Shown: positions 36,801 to 48,200 of the stretch, in pieces | Layout: every line of letters begins with the position of its first letter | Position numbering within the stretch: position 1 is the first letter of the stretch | Origin: Macrostomum hystrix | Lineage: Eukaryota > Animalia > Platyhelminthes | DNA length: 64,000 nt | Assembly: GCA_950097015.1 (NCBI GenBank) | Contig: CATNEN010000029.1 | Location: 1,612,001-1,676,000 of the forward strand | Direction of reading: 5' to 3' | Program-made: the position numbers and the translations under genes | The notes under the pieces: generated by a model | Told to the model about the DNA's origin: nothing | Database searches by the model: none | What the model saw: the letters and a program-made list of their open reading frames with translations, nothing else

Positions 36801-39748
36801 GGAGTTTCTTAAAAGAAGCCTTGGGCAGGGTAGGGGGATTCTCTTTGTACACAAGCTCAGTGGCTAGGTCAATAGCCAGCCCAAGAGGGATATTAATGAA
36901 AAGAGAGACAACGTCGAAGCTACAGAGAGTGTCAGATCTCTTAATCACAGGACACGAGCTTTGAAGGTCATTAAGGAAGTTACAGTTTGACTTCGAAGTG
37001 AACTCAGATGGAATGCTAGGCTTGATGAGCGAGTCCAGATACTTGGCCAGCTCATATTCAGCGGTGTTAATAATAGAGACGATAGGTCTAAGTGGTCTAT
37101 ATTAATCAATTTAAAATATTGAATAAATTTACACCTGAAAATCTCATATTTATTCACTTCTCTACTCGCTATATTCGTTTAAAATAAAAACAGGGTGAGA
37201 CTATTTTAGATAATTATGAAAGGAAGGGTGAGATTTAGTGAGAGAAGGGTGAGATTGTGTGAGAGAAGGGTGAGATTGTGTGAGAGAGGGGTGAGATTGT
37301 GTGATAGAATAGTAAGAGGAAGGGTGCGACTTTGGGACAGAACAATTAGAGGAAGGGTGAGATTGTTGGATAGAACGTGTGAAAGAAGGATGAGAAGAAG
37401 GGTGAGATTGGGGGAAAGAAGGATGAGAAGAAGGTTGAGACGGTGTGAGAGAAGGAGGAGATGAAGGGTGAGACTGTGTGAGAGAAGGAGGAGAGGAAGG
37501 GTGAGACTGTGTGAGAGATAGATGAGAGGAAGGGTGAGACTGTGTGAGAGAAGGAGGAGAGGAAGGGTGAGACTGTGTGAGAGATGATGAGAGGAAGGGT
37601 GAGACTGTGTGAGAGATGGAGGAGAGGAAGGGTGAGACTGTGTGAGAGATGATGAGAGGAAGGGTGAGACTGTGTGAGAGAAGGAGGAGAGGAAGGGTGA
37701 GACTGTGTGAGAGATGATGAGAGGAAGGGTGAGACTGTGTGAGAGATGGAGGAGAGGAAGGGTGAGACTGTGTGAGAGATGATGAGAGGAAGGGTGAGAC
37801 TGTGTGAGAGAAGGAGGAGAGGAAGGGTGAGACTGTGTGAGAGATGATGAGAGGAAGGGTGAGACTGTGTGAGAGATGGATGACAGGAAGGGTGAGATTG
37901 TGAGTGAGATTATTCAGCAAAGCGAATTTCTGTATCGGACAGTAAATACTCAAATCAAATGCAGAATGAAGCGATGAGACGCGAGAGCCTCACTATCGAG
38001 ACCTGAGGTGAGGCTGAGTGTACGAGCTAGAATTGTGTGGGAAAGGAATAGTCATTAGCGCCCAACGATCTATTGTTCCGGTGATGATGCATTGCGAGCT
38101 TTTGTAGCCTTTATCATTCTGAGCACAAGCCTACTCTGTGTGCCCACTCTATTGGATTTGACGCATTCGCTGCAAGGCGTGAATCCAAATTTGAAACAAT
38201 TGCATTGACGCTTCTTCTCTGTTTCCTGGCTTTTTATCCTTGCTTTTTTTCCCTGTCCATTCTAACCCACTATTCTCAAGTCCTGCTCCGGCTTGTTACG
38301 TAAAAAGGTGGCTCGCCTTTGATGTCATGCCCTGCAGAACATTATTAGTTTCTAATAATGACAATTATTACTATCGAAATCCCAAAATTTATCCCACTGA
38401 AATCCGCATATTTATTCTATTTATTCTACATCATAATTCATTTTACTCCGAGTAACATAAACGCATTCTACTCAGATCCCTAAATTCTCCCTTCTCAAAT
38501 CGCCAACTTTATCCTTGTGAAATCCCAAAAATTAATCCTACCGAAGCTTAGATTTTTTCCTACTTAATTTTTTCCTGTGAAATCGCTAAATTCACCATAC
38601 AAAATCCACAAAATTATCATTCTAATACCCCTATATTCATCCTACTTAATCCCCAAATTCATCCTACTGAATCCCCAAATTCATCCTACTAAATCCCCAA
38701 ATTCACCCTATTGAATCCCCAAATTCATCCTACTAAATCCCCAAATTCACCCTATTGAATCCCCAAATTCACCCTATTAAATCCCCAAATTCATCCTACT
38801 AAATCCCCAAATTCACCCTATTGAATCCCCAAATTCACCCTATTGAATCCCCAAATTCACCCTATTGAATCCCCAAATTCACCCTATTGAATCCCCAAAT
38901 TCACCCTATTGAATCCCCAAATTCACCCTATTGAATCCCCAAATTCACCCTATTGAATCCCCAAATTCATCCTACTAAATCCCCAAATTCACCCTATTGA
39001 ATCCCCAAATTCACCCTATTGAATCCCCAAATTCACCCTATTGAATCCCCAAATTCATCCTACTAAATCCCCAAATTCATCCTACTAAATCCCCAAATTC
39101 ATCCTACTAAATCCCCAAATTCATCGTACTGAATCCCCAAATTCATCCTACTAAATCCCCAAATTCATCCTACTAAATCCCCAAATTCATCCTACTAAAT
39201 CCCCAAATTCATCCTACTAAATCCCCAAATTCATCCTACTAAATCCCCAAATTCATCCTACTAAATCCCCAAATTCATCGTACTGAATCCCCAAATTCAT
39301 CCTACTGAATCCCCAAATTCACCCTATTGAATCCCCAAATTCACCCTACTGAATCCCCAAATTCACCCTATTGAATCCCCTACTTAATCCTACTAAATCC
39401 TCAACGCCAATTAGAACTGAAATCCTTCAATTACTCATCATGAGATCCCTAAAATAAGGAAAAAAGCATCGTTAACAATCAATAAAACAGCGGCTCACTG
39501 AGATTGGTCGGCGCGTACTTCTTCGGCGTGATCCAACTGTCGGCAAGCTTTCCGTCGACATGGCACTGCGGCCCGGACGCCGTCCCGGCCGCCTCCGACG
39601 ACGACGCCGACACGCACTGCGGCCGGTGCAGCTGTCTAACTGTTGAGCCAATCGATCTAAAGCCGGACATTGTGTTTGACTTGGCCATCTGCAGTAGCTG
39701 ACTGGCGTCCCCGCGACTGCCTTCTTCAGTTCGGGCAATTTTTATCGA
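24835..39748 (-). CDS. SYT15: Synaptotagmin-15-like tandem C2A-C2B protein; exons (minus) 39748-39499 (tentative), 35837-35594, 35158-35065, 34877-34710, 33503-33386, 25524-25339, 24968-24835; true N-terminus/TM not identified
   Basis: GQLNPSIY, GRIWFVLNY, KRKTNGPNFDEKFCFQ, IDRQRRHRPLG, IFRDLE and LGSVVLGPELFTKGRELEHWQEM..P.Q.IVHWH match SYT15 signatures; all GT-AG junctions keep frame (phases 1,2,0,0,1,1). Most Ca2+-ligating Asp residues are absent, as in SYT15. Confidence 0.85.
25010..25338. repeat. 34-bp minisatellite x9 starting exactly at the donor of the last SYT15 intron
   Basis: Minus-strand unit GTGAGGCTGGGATCAGTTTGGGATTCGGGCACAG. Confidence 0.95.
25708..26472. repeat. 18/19-bp satellite (GGGATCACAATACCGCTTT and variants), left half of the array split by the Gypsy insertion
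   Basis: Direct periodicity; resumes at 31031. Confidence 0.95.
26473..31030 (-). mobile_element. Full-length Ty3/Gypsy (Mag-like) LTR retrotransposon, very recent insertion
   Basis: 253-bp TG..CA LTRs at 26476-26728 and 30778-31030 with one mismatch (26499 G / 30801 A); PBS TGGCGACGAGGA complementary to a tRNA-Ser(GCU)-type 3' end; purine tract GGTGTGGAGGGA before the 3' LTR; GGAT(C) duplicated at both flanks. Confidence 0.97.
26826..30761 (-). CDS. Gag-Pol polyprotein, single 1311-aa ORF (two CCHC knuckles, protease, RT, RNase H, integrase; no env)
   Basis: CHRCLSQRHSAAKC and CFACSKIGHVAAAC; VDTGA; LPFG and FIDD; CDASPYG..E..SDH; HQGH..C..C with IDYAG, SDNG and AERAVQ; uninterrupted frame. 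Confidence 0.97.
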   Translation of the reverse strand: MSILGSIGPFEEGTESWLQYQERLEQFLIANDIESGNKKRAVLLSTCGKNTYQLVSSLLAPAKPSETDYVVICDKLKEHFDPTPPEIVRRYRFYSRSRQAGESIAEFLAELRNLARHCNFGASLNSMLRDRLVLGIENDNIQRRLFAEKELTLESALSMAQAHESAAKGNLLVTKGSDTVHAVRRWTPEERRDSPGSTGEATSTKRCHRCLSQRHSAAKCRFADKKCFACSKIGHVAAACRSAAAASRENHATSRRETQHASGHRDGQKIHELEAEETFSLHVMAERNGKVPPIETVVIIDGTPVRMEVDTGASVSLISSETYKSELCGQPLLESVDTLLRTYSGESVPVLGRIRVRVETESASKVLPLLVVEGTGSSLIGRDWLVDLPLDWRTIKQVRHAADNPKLRSLLDRYAVVFKPDLGRYTGPAVQLRLKPGARPRFYKARNVPLALKEKVEAQLDKEIDQGVLKPVGSSDYASPIVPVLKTDGSVRICADFKQTVNLDVEPDTYPVPRIDELFTKLAGGKRFTKLDLCQAYLQMPLDEASQELCTVNTSKGLLRYTRLPFGVAPAVGIFQRQMDCLLQGVPHVACFIDDLLVTGTDDGDHLRNLEQVLQRLQQSGLRCGLSKCDFLQESVSYLGHKIDATGLHPMQDKVRAVQEAPAPRDPTQLRSFLGLVNYYGKFLPNLSTELAPLHRLLNRDSPWHWGASQDAAFHKCKELISRAPVLVHFDDKLPLVLECDASPYGIGAVICHRVNGVDKPIAFASRTLHDAEANYSQLEKEALAVVYGVKKFHTYLYGREFMLVSDHKPLLGLLHESKPIPAMASGRIQRWALLLAGYRYNMVHRAGKSLLRADALSRLPLPERPRDAPVPAEIVLTMDMLDEGPVTAGHVRAWTRTDPDLSRILRYTESGCWPAQTPPELQPYHSRADELSIQDGCLLWGCRVLVPAAGRSALLQCLHQGHQGASRMKALARSFFWWPKLDEAIEQLVSACPDCQELSKSPRPFPLQPWAWPDRPWSRLHIDYAGPVEGRMLLVIVDAHSKWMEVHVMPSTSSAATIERLRQSFATHGLPDVLVSDNGPNLVSAEMEAFLERNGIKHVRTAPYHPASNGQAERAVQTLKRSLAKQRGGTLEERVSRFLLTYRVTPHATTGVAPCELLMGRRLHSLLDRVRPDVPARVSQQQALQKQHHDIHARDRRVEVGDAVLARDFANEGRWKPATVTASSGATSFTCRFEDGRDAHRHVDQVRKPAGPTLTAEEPQSQLPTSPPPGGQAEAAVVLPGVSETHEATGEGLPRRSSRKCGPPDRLGYQ
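31031..31570. repeat. 18/19-bp satellite, right half
   Basis: Same unit as 25708-26472. Confidence 0.95.
32225..32575. repeat. About 12-bp degenerate repeat (GAGCAGTCATAT-like)
   Basis: Direct periodicity. Confidence 0.85.
34265..34672. repeat. 24-bp minisatellite, about 17 copies, in a SYT15 intron
   Basis: Unit CCCCACTAAAGCCTGTCCCTCTTA. Confidence 0.95.
35420..35550. repeat. Short 22-bp pyrimidine-rich repeat in a SYT15 intron
   Basis: CCATCTTTCCATTCTTCTGCGT, about 4-5 copies. Confidence 0.75.
36042..37188 (-). mobile_element. Penelope-like retroelement remnant (RT, thumb, start of GIY-YIG) bracketed by 76-bp inverted repeats
   Basis: Minus-strand fragments PLRPIVS..YELAKYLD, SFDVVSLFINIP, MGSPSAPTLAD, YRRYVDDTF, LNSTHTSIKFT, HRAF..FDQE..NGHP and GVVYQFNC; frameshifts and deletions; inverted repeats at 36042-36117 and 37113-37188. 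Confidence 0.85.
37215..37905. repeat. About 32-bp purine-rich minisatellite
   Basis: GAGAGGAAGGGTGAGACTGTGTGAGAGATGAT and variants. Confidence 0.9.
38630..39380. repeat. 22-bp minisatellite
   Basis: AATCCCCAAATTCATCCTACTA / AATCCCCAAATTCACCCTATTG. Confidence 0.95.
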
Positions 39749-40609
39749 CTGTATTAATATGTGTTTGAAAATTAGCAGCAGAGCATCGGTACTCACGATT
39801 CGAACCAGCGGCGCCCTCCGTAGAGCCGCCGTCAAAGTGCCAGCTTATCGATCGGCCAATCAGTGCCAACAGGCCGACCTCGTCCTCCTGCAGGTTCGCT
39901 TCGACACCTCGATCCCCGCTGGCGACGCCGTTGCCACCGCTGGACATCGCCTCGACGAAGCGATGGTTATTGTTTCTGTCTTGTTCCGGTTCTTGTTTCT
40001 GTCTTGTTCCGGTTCTTGTTTCTGTCTTGTTCCGGTTATTGTTTTCCTTTATCTTGGGCGCAAGCTAAAGTTTTTTGTCTGGTTAAAGATGTGACCAGCA
40101 AAGCGATTGATCAAATACTTTCGCTATGCACTACAAAGATGGTTCAAGATTGGATGTTGTGAGCTGACTCCCGGTTGGCTGATAACCCTAGGGCACACGA
40201 GAATAAAAGTACATTAACGGAACCCATCCGCGCCCTCGCCGTCGCTCTAAAAGGCAGTTCTGTAACAGGACGCTTAAAAAGCCTAAAAAGTGTCTTGAAA
40301 CGACCGACAAGCACGCATTGATCACTTCGGGGTCCGGGGTTGGAGAAAAAGTAGCAAGCAAATGACTATTTCTATACGACCCGGTGTGAAATGCGTGTGA
40401 CTGCATTGAATGCATTTTTTCGCTTTCTGCTTCACTGGTGACAGGTCCTTGATGAAGATACTTAAAGCAGCTCGGGAAGGTATAGGAATAGTAACCACTG
40501 AATAAATTAATTTATGCAGCGAAAGATACAAACTAATAGCTTGAAATTCTTTAGAATATCCAGGATAGTTTAACTTCGAAAGGCCTAAGACTTAATGTAT
40601 TTTTTTTGC

Positions 40610-42348
40610 AGATTCCAAAATGTTAGACAGATTCTCAAATGTTAGACAGATTCTCAAATGTTAGACAGATTCCCAAATGTTAGACAGATTCTCAAATGTT
40701 AGACAGATTCTCAAATGTTAGACAGATTCCCAAATGTTAGACAGATTCTCAAATGTTAGACAGATTCCCAAATGTTAGACAGATTCTCAAATGTTAGACA
40801 GATTCCCAAATGTTAGACAGATTCTCAAATGTTAGACAGATTCTCAAATGTTAGACAGATTCTCAAATGTTAGACAGATTCCCAAATGTTAGACAGATTC
40901 TCAAATGTTAGACAGATTCTCAAATGTTAGACAGATTCTCAAATGTTAGACAGATTCCCAAATGTTAGACGGATTCTCAAATGTTAGACAGATTCCAAAA
41001 TGTTAGACAGATTCTCAAATGTTAGACAGATTCTCAAATGTTAGACAGATTCCCAAATGTTAGACAGATTCTCAAATGTTAGACAGATTCTCAAATGTTA
41101 GACAGATTCCCAAATGTTAGACAGATTCCAAAATGTTAGACAGATTCTCAAATGTTAGACAGATTCTCAAATGTTAGACAGATTCTCAAATGTTAGACAG
41201 ATTCCCAAATGTTAGACAGATTCTCAAATGTTAGACAGATTCCCAAATGTTAGACAGATTCCCAAATGTTAGACAGATTCCCAAATGTTAGACAGATTCT
41301 CAAATGTTAGACGGATTCTCAAATGTTAGACAGATTCTCAAATGTTAGACAGATTCTCAAATGTTAGACAGATTCTCAAATGTTAGACAGATTCTCAAAT
41401 GTTAGACAGATTCCCAAATGTTAGACAGATTCTCAAATGTTAGACAGATTCTCAAATGTTAGACGGATTCTCAAATGTTAGACAGATTCTCAAATGTTAG
41501 ACAGATTCTCAAATGTTAGACAGATTCTCAAATGTTAGACAGATTCTCAAATGTTAGACAGATTCTCAAATGTTAGACAGATTCTCAAATGTTAGACAGA
41601 TTCTCAAATGTTAGACAGATTCTCAAATGTTAGACAGATTTTCAAATGTTAGACAGATTCTCAAATGTTAGACAGATTCTCAAATGTTAGACGGATTCTC
41701 AAATGTTAGACGGATTCTCAAATGTTAGACAGATTCTCAAATGTTAGACAGATTCTCAAATGTTAGACAGATTTTCAAATGTTAGACGGATTCTCAAATG
41801 TTAGACGGATTCTCAAATGTTAGACAGATTCTCAAATGTTAGACAGATTCTCAAATGTTAGACAGATTCTCAAATGTTAGACAGATTCTCAAATGTTAGA
41901 CGGATTCTCAAATGTTAGACAGATTCTCAAATGTTAGACGGATTCTCAAATGTTAGACGGATTCTCAAATGTTAGACAGATTCTCAAATGTTAGACGGAT
42001 TCTCAAATGTTAGACAGATTCTCAAATGTTAGACAGATTCTCAAATGTTAGACGGATTCTCAAATGTTAGACAGATTCTCAAATGTTAGACAGATTCTCA
42101 AATGTTAGACAGATTCTCAAATGTTAGACAGATTTTCAAATGTTAGACAGATTCTCAAATGTTAGACAGATTCTCAAATGTTAGACGGATTCTCAAATGT
42201 TAGACGGATTCTCAAATGTTAGACAGATTCTCAAATGTTAGACAGATTTTCAAATGTTAGACAGATTCTCAAATGTTAGACAGATTCTCAAATGTTAGAC
42301 GGATTCTCAAATGTTAGACAGATTCTCAAATGTTAGACGGATTCCCAA
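40610..42348. repeat. 19-bp satellite, about 90 copies
   Basis: AAATGTTAGACAGATTCTC with point variants. Confidence 0.97.
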
Positions 42349-43199
42349 ATTTTGAAATTGCCGATGGAATGGAAATGCACTTTTAATTGGCAGGTAAACA
42401 GAGGGTGGGGGTAGTTGCCATGCTAGCACTGCTGTGAGGGGTGGTGGGCACTGAGCTTGGTACACTCAGGTTTTAGTTGATCACTCGCGCGGGAGTTTGT
42501 TATAGGCTTCTAGCAAAAAGTCTAGAAATTCTCTAGTTAGCTACTATTTGCATGCAGTGAGAGTTCTAAGCTCTCTCTCTCTCATTCTCTGCTTCACACA
42601 TTTTGATTTGCCCCGACAAAGAGTTCGAAGTAGGTAATTGCTTCTAAAAGATAGTATTTTTATATCGCGGTAATGGTTCGGGTTCGATTGTACTTTATCA
42701 TAAATTCCAGCATTTTCCTGCCTTGTTTTCCTGTCCCTTTTTGTCTCTTTCTCTCTTCTCTCTTCTCTCTTGCAATTTCTCTCCCTTCTGAAAGGATTAT
42801 TTCCTGGGATTCTTTACTGGGATTCTACAGTGGGATTCTTCCCTGGGATTCTTCCCCGGGATTCTTCCCTAATATTTACCCTGGGGTTTTTCGAGATTCT
42901 CTTTCACGCAGGTTTCTTTACTAGCTAGTTTCGTGTTAAAATTAAATTTTTAATGCTACATCTATTTAACAATTCCATTGTCGCACCTCTCACCATTTTC
43001 TCACTCACAATATCACTTTCTATATATTTATGTGATTCCTTTACCGAGTTTTCGACTGGGATAGCAGGATAGGATCTAATAAAATTATATTAATCAATTT
43101 ATAAACAATTTATTAATTTACTCGTAGTTACGGCCGTGTTCTTAAGTTTGTTATTGTAGTATAATTATGTGTTACATTGCATGTCCCCGTGTGATTTTG

Positions 43200-45100
43200 C
43201 TAAATGAGGATCATACTACATGGATAATGAGGATCATACTACATGGATAATGAGGATCATACTACATGGATAATGAGGATCATACTGCATGGATAATGAG
43301 GATCATACTACATGGATAGTGAGGATCATACTACATGGATAGTGAGGATCATACTACATGGATAATGAGGATCATACTACATGGATAGTGAGGATCATAC
43401 TACAGGGATAGTGAGGATCATACTACAGGGATAATGAGGATCAGACTACATGGATAGTGAGGATCATACTACATGGATAGTGAGGATCATACTACATGGA
43501 TAATGAGGATCATACTGCATGGATAATGAGGATCATACTACATGGATAGTGAGGATCATACTACATGGATAATGAGGATCATACTACATGGATAGTGAGG
43601 ATCATACTACAGGGATAATGAGGATCATACTACAGGGATAATGAGGATCATACTACATGGATAGTGAGGATCATACTACAGGGATAATGAGGATCGTACT
43701 ACATTGATAATGAGGATTATACTACAGGGATAATGAGGATCATACTACATTGATAGTGAGGATCATACTACAGGGATAATGAGGATCATACTACATGGAT
43801 AGTGAGGATCATACTACATGGATAGTGAGGATCATACTACATGGATAGTGAGGATCATACTACATGGATAATGAGGATCATACTACATGGATAATGAGGA
43901 TCATACTACATGGATAATGAGGATCATACTACATAGATAATGAGGATCATACTACAGGGATAATGAGGATCATACTACATTGATAATGAGGATTATACTA
44001 CAGGGAAAATGAGGATCATACTACATTGATAATGAGGATTATACTACATGGATAATGAGGATTATACTACAAGGATAGTGAGGATCATACTACAGGGATA
44101 ATGAGGATCATACTACATGGATAATGAGGATCATACTACATGGATAGTGAGGATCATACTACATGGATAGTGAGGATCATACTACATGGATAGTGAGTAT
44201 CATACTACATGGATAATGAGGATCATACTACAAGGATAGTGAGGATCATACTACATGGATAATGAGGATCATACTGCATGGATAATGAGGATCATACTAC
44301 ATGGATAATGAGGATTATACTACAAGGATAATGAGGATCACACTACATGGATAATGAGGATCATACTACATGGATAATGAGGATTATACTACAAGGATAA
44401 TGAGGATCACACTACATGGATAATGAGGATCATACTACATGGATAATGAGGATTATACTACATAGATAATAAGAATCATACTACAGGGATAATAAGAATC
44501 ATACTACAAGGATAGTGAGGATCATACTACATGGATAATGAGGATTATACTACAAGGATAATGAGGATCATACTACATGGATAATGAGGATCATACTACA
44601 TGGATAATGAGGATTATACTACAAGGATAATGAGGATCATACTACATGGATAGTGAGGATCATACTACAGGGATAATGAGGATCATACTACATGGATAAT
44701 GAGGATCATACTACATTGATAATGAGGATCATACTACATTGTTAATGAGGATCATGAAATAGGGATAATGAGGATCATGCAATGGGGATAAAGAGGATCA
44801 TATAACAGGGATAATGAGGATCATACTACAGGGATAATAAAGATTATACAATGGGGATAATGAGGATCATATAACAGGGATAATGAGGATCATACTACAG
44901 GGATAATAAAGATTATACAATGGGGATAATGAGGATCATATAACAGGGATAATGAGGATCATACTACAGGGATAATAAAGATTATACAATGGGGATAATG
45001 AGGATCATATAACAGGGATAATGAGGATCATACTACAGGGATAATAAAGATTATACAATGGGGATAATGAGGATCATATAACAGGGATAATGAGGATAGT
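43200..45100. repeat. 23-bp satellite, degenerating towards the right end
   Basis: ATAATGAGGATCATACTACATGG. Confidence 0.95.
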
Positions 45101-45222
45101 GCAATGGGGATATTGAGTTGCATAGTGAGAATTATACAATTACAGTTATTGTAATAATTAATCAAGGTGGCGATTTTGCGAGTCTGCCACGGCGCAGCTA
45201 TTCCAGGAATATTTAAAATGCG

Positions 45223-48200
45223 CTAGGAACTTTCGGAGCTGAAGCTGCTGGTTTTGTTGCCAGTCTGAGCTCCTTGGACTAGTAGCGAGCTCTCGGACTC
45301 GTCGCCCGGTTCGCCGTCGGAGTAGCCGAGATTGTCGGGTAACTGAACAGTCCACTGGACAGCTGCCGTTACCACTGCGTCCCCCAAAGCCGTGTCTGCG
45401 GTCAGCACCGACATCTGACTGTCTGGATCATTGTCCGACGATTTGGTGGACACGTTCAGTCTTCGATCTCGCTCAGCTTCCCCCATGAAGCTTTCATGAT
45501 TCTGGGGGGTCTTGGAGTTTGCTGTTATGTGGCGCCACTCGCTAGTGTAGCTCCGCCGAAGCCAGCGCGACGAGCCGGCGTCAAATAATGATGAAATGGA
45601 CGTGCAGCTGTCGGCGCGGTTGAATTTCGCCTCTGACAGGAACGGCACTGGGTCTAAGACGCCCTGGAGAGAATGGCACAGTGAGGGAATGGCACAGTGA
45701 GGGAATGGCACAGTGAGGGAATGGCACAGTGAGGGAATGGCACAGTGAGGGAATGGCACAGTGAGGGAATGGCACAGTGAGGGAATGGCACAGTGAGGGA
45801 ATGGCACAGTGAGGGAATGGCACAGTGAGGGAATGGCACAGTGAGGGAATGGCACAGTGAGGGAATGGCACAGTGAGGGAATGGCACAGTGAGGGAATGG
45901 CACAGTGAGGGAATGGCACAGTGAGGGAATGGCACAGTGAGGGAATGGCACAGTGAGGGAATGGCACAGTGAGGGAATGGCACAGTGAGGGAATGGCACA
46001 GTGAGGGAATGGCACAGTGAGGGAATGGCACAGTGAGGGAATGGCACAGTGAGGGAATGGCACAGTGAGGGAATGGCACAGTGAGGGAATGGCACAGTGA
46101 GGGAATGGCACAGTGAGGGAATGGCACAGTGAGGGAATGGCACAGTGAGGGAATGGCACAGTGAGGGAATGGCACAGTGAGGGAATGGAGTCTCACCAGT
46201 TTTTTCACCAGCATTCGCCTCTTTTCAACACCAAAAATTCCGGAAGTTTGTTGAGGCCTCGGCAGCACGCTGCGGCGGTTGGCGCCAAGCAAACTCCTGT
46301 TTTTTAAAAAGATTAAGTATTGTCTACAGCTTTAGATTTAGTAGAAAATTTATTTGCAGAGCTCACTTAGAATGGATTCATGGCTATGTCTAATGTCTAA
46401 GAATGGAAGTTATGTAAGACCTATGCCAGAAAATGAAGTAAAACTGCTTTCCGCTTCAATGGTTTAGTTGCTGTTGGTCAATTGGCCAATGCTTTGCTAA
46501 ATCCCCGTCGATTAGTACTTTTATGTCGGGGTAAGAAACGACCCCACTTTAGTTTAAATGTACCTAGATCACGTGATCAGTTTAAAAGTACCTAGATCAC
46601 GTGATCAATTTTAATGTACCTAGATCACGTGATCAATTTTAATGCACCTAGATTACGTAATCAGTTTAAATTTACCTAGATCACGTGATCAATTTTAATG
46701 TACCTAGATCACGCGATCAGTTTCAATGTACCTAGATCACGTGATCAGTTTAAATGTACCTAGTGCACGAGATCAGTTTTAATGTACCTAGTGCACGATA
46801 TCAGTTTAAATGTACCTAGACCACGAGATTAGTTTAAATGTACCTAGATCACGTGATCAGTTTAAATGTACCTAGATCACGTGATCAGTTTAAATGTACC
46901 TAGATCACGCGATCAGTTTAAGTGTACCTACATCACGTGATCAGTTTAAATGTACCTAGATCACGTGATCAATTTAAATGTACCTAGATCACGTGATCAG
47001 TTTAAATGTACCTAGATCAGGTGATCAGTTTAAATGTACCTAGATCACGTGATCAGTTTAAATGTACCTAGTGCACGAGATAAGTTTTAATGTACCTAGT
47101 GCACGATATCAGTTTAAATGTACCTAGACCACGAGATTAGTTTAAATAAACCTAGTCGTAGATCACGTGGTCAATTGAAATGTACCTAGATCACGTGCGT
47201 GATCGACCCCACACGGCTAGCTCCCCCCAACCGCAATTTTTGATTCTCACTCGAACAAGCGTGACTTGTGGCGCATGTATCGCTTATAGCTTCGTCTGGC
47301 CAACGCGCCGACGCCGGCGCTCAGGAAGAGCATCACGAATGGCATGGGTGAGATGTAGAAATTGCAGGTGGACCGCTTGGTTAACATGAGTATAATGTGA
47401 ATCAGTGCGACCAGTCCCATCAAGATGGCTAGTAAGACCTCTTGTTTCCAATGGGGAACGATGATGGAGCAACAGGGGAGTCGTAAAGCATCGCCCTTCC
47501 AGTTTGAAGCGCTGGACATGACGTACTTGCTGAAAAAGCACCTCGGACATCGGTGAGTGTAGCGGTGCTTGAAAAGGGTCACATACCTAAGGAAAAAATA
47601 TAAATGTGGTTACATCTGCAGCCAAAGAAGTTTTAATTCTTAAAACTGTTTAGAAGGCTTATTAATGTATCTAAACCCACCTCACTCGACACCTACCTCA
47701 CCCCACACCTACCTCACTCCACACCAAACTCACTCCACACCTAACTCAGTCCACACCTACCTCACTCCACACCAAACTCAGTCCACACCTACCTCACTCC
47801 ACACCAAACTCAGTCCACACCTACCTCACTCCACACCAAACTCATTCGACACCTACCTCACTCCACACCTACCTCACTCCACACCTACCTCACCCCACAC
47901 CTACCTCACTCCACATCCACCTCACTCCACACCTAACTCGCTCAACATCTACGTCACTCTACACCCACCTCACTTCACACCAACCTCACTCCACACCTAC
48001 CTCACTCCACATCCACCTCACTCCACACCTAACTCGCTCAACATCTACGTCACTCTACACCCACCTCACTCCACACCTAACTCGCTTAACATCTACGTCA
48101 CTCTACACCCACCTCACTCCACACCAACTTCCCTCCACACCTAACTCGCTCAACATCTACGTCACTCTACACCTAACTCGCTCAACATCTACGACACTCT

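Noticed and set aside
36042-37188. Hammerhead ribozyme in the Penelope-like element
   Set aside because: CTGATGA occurs at about 36465 only as antisense of coding sequence; I found no properly spaced GAAA core with flanking helices. An Infernal or RNAMotif search would be decisive.
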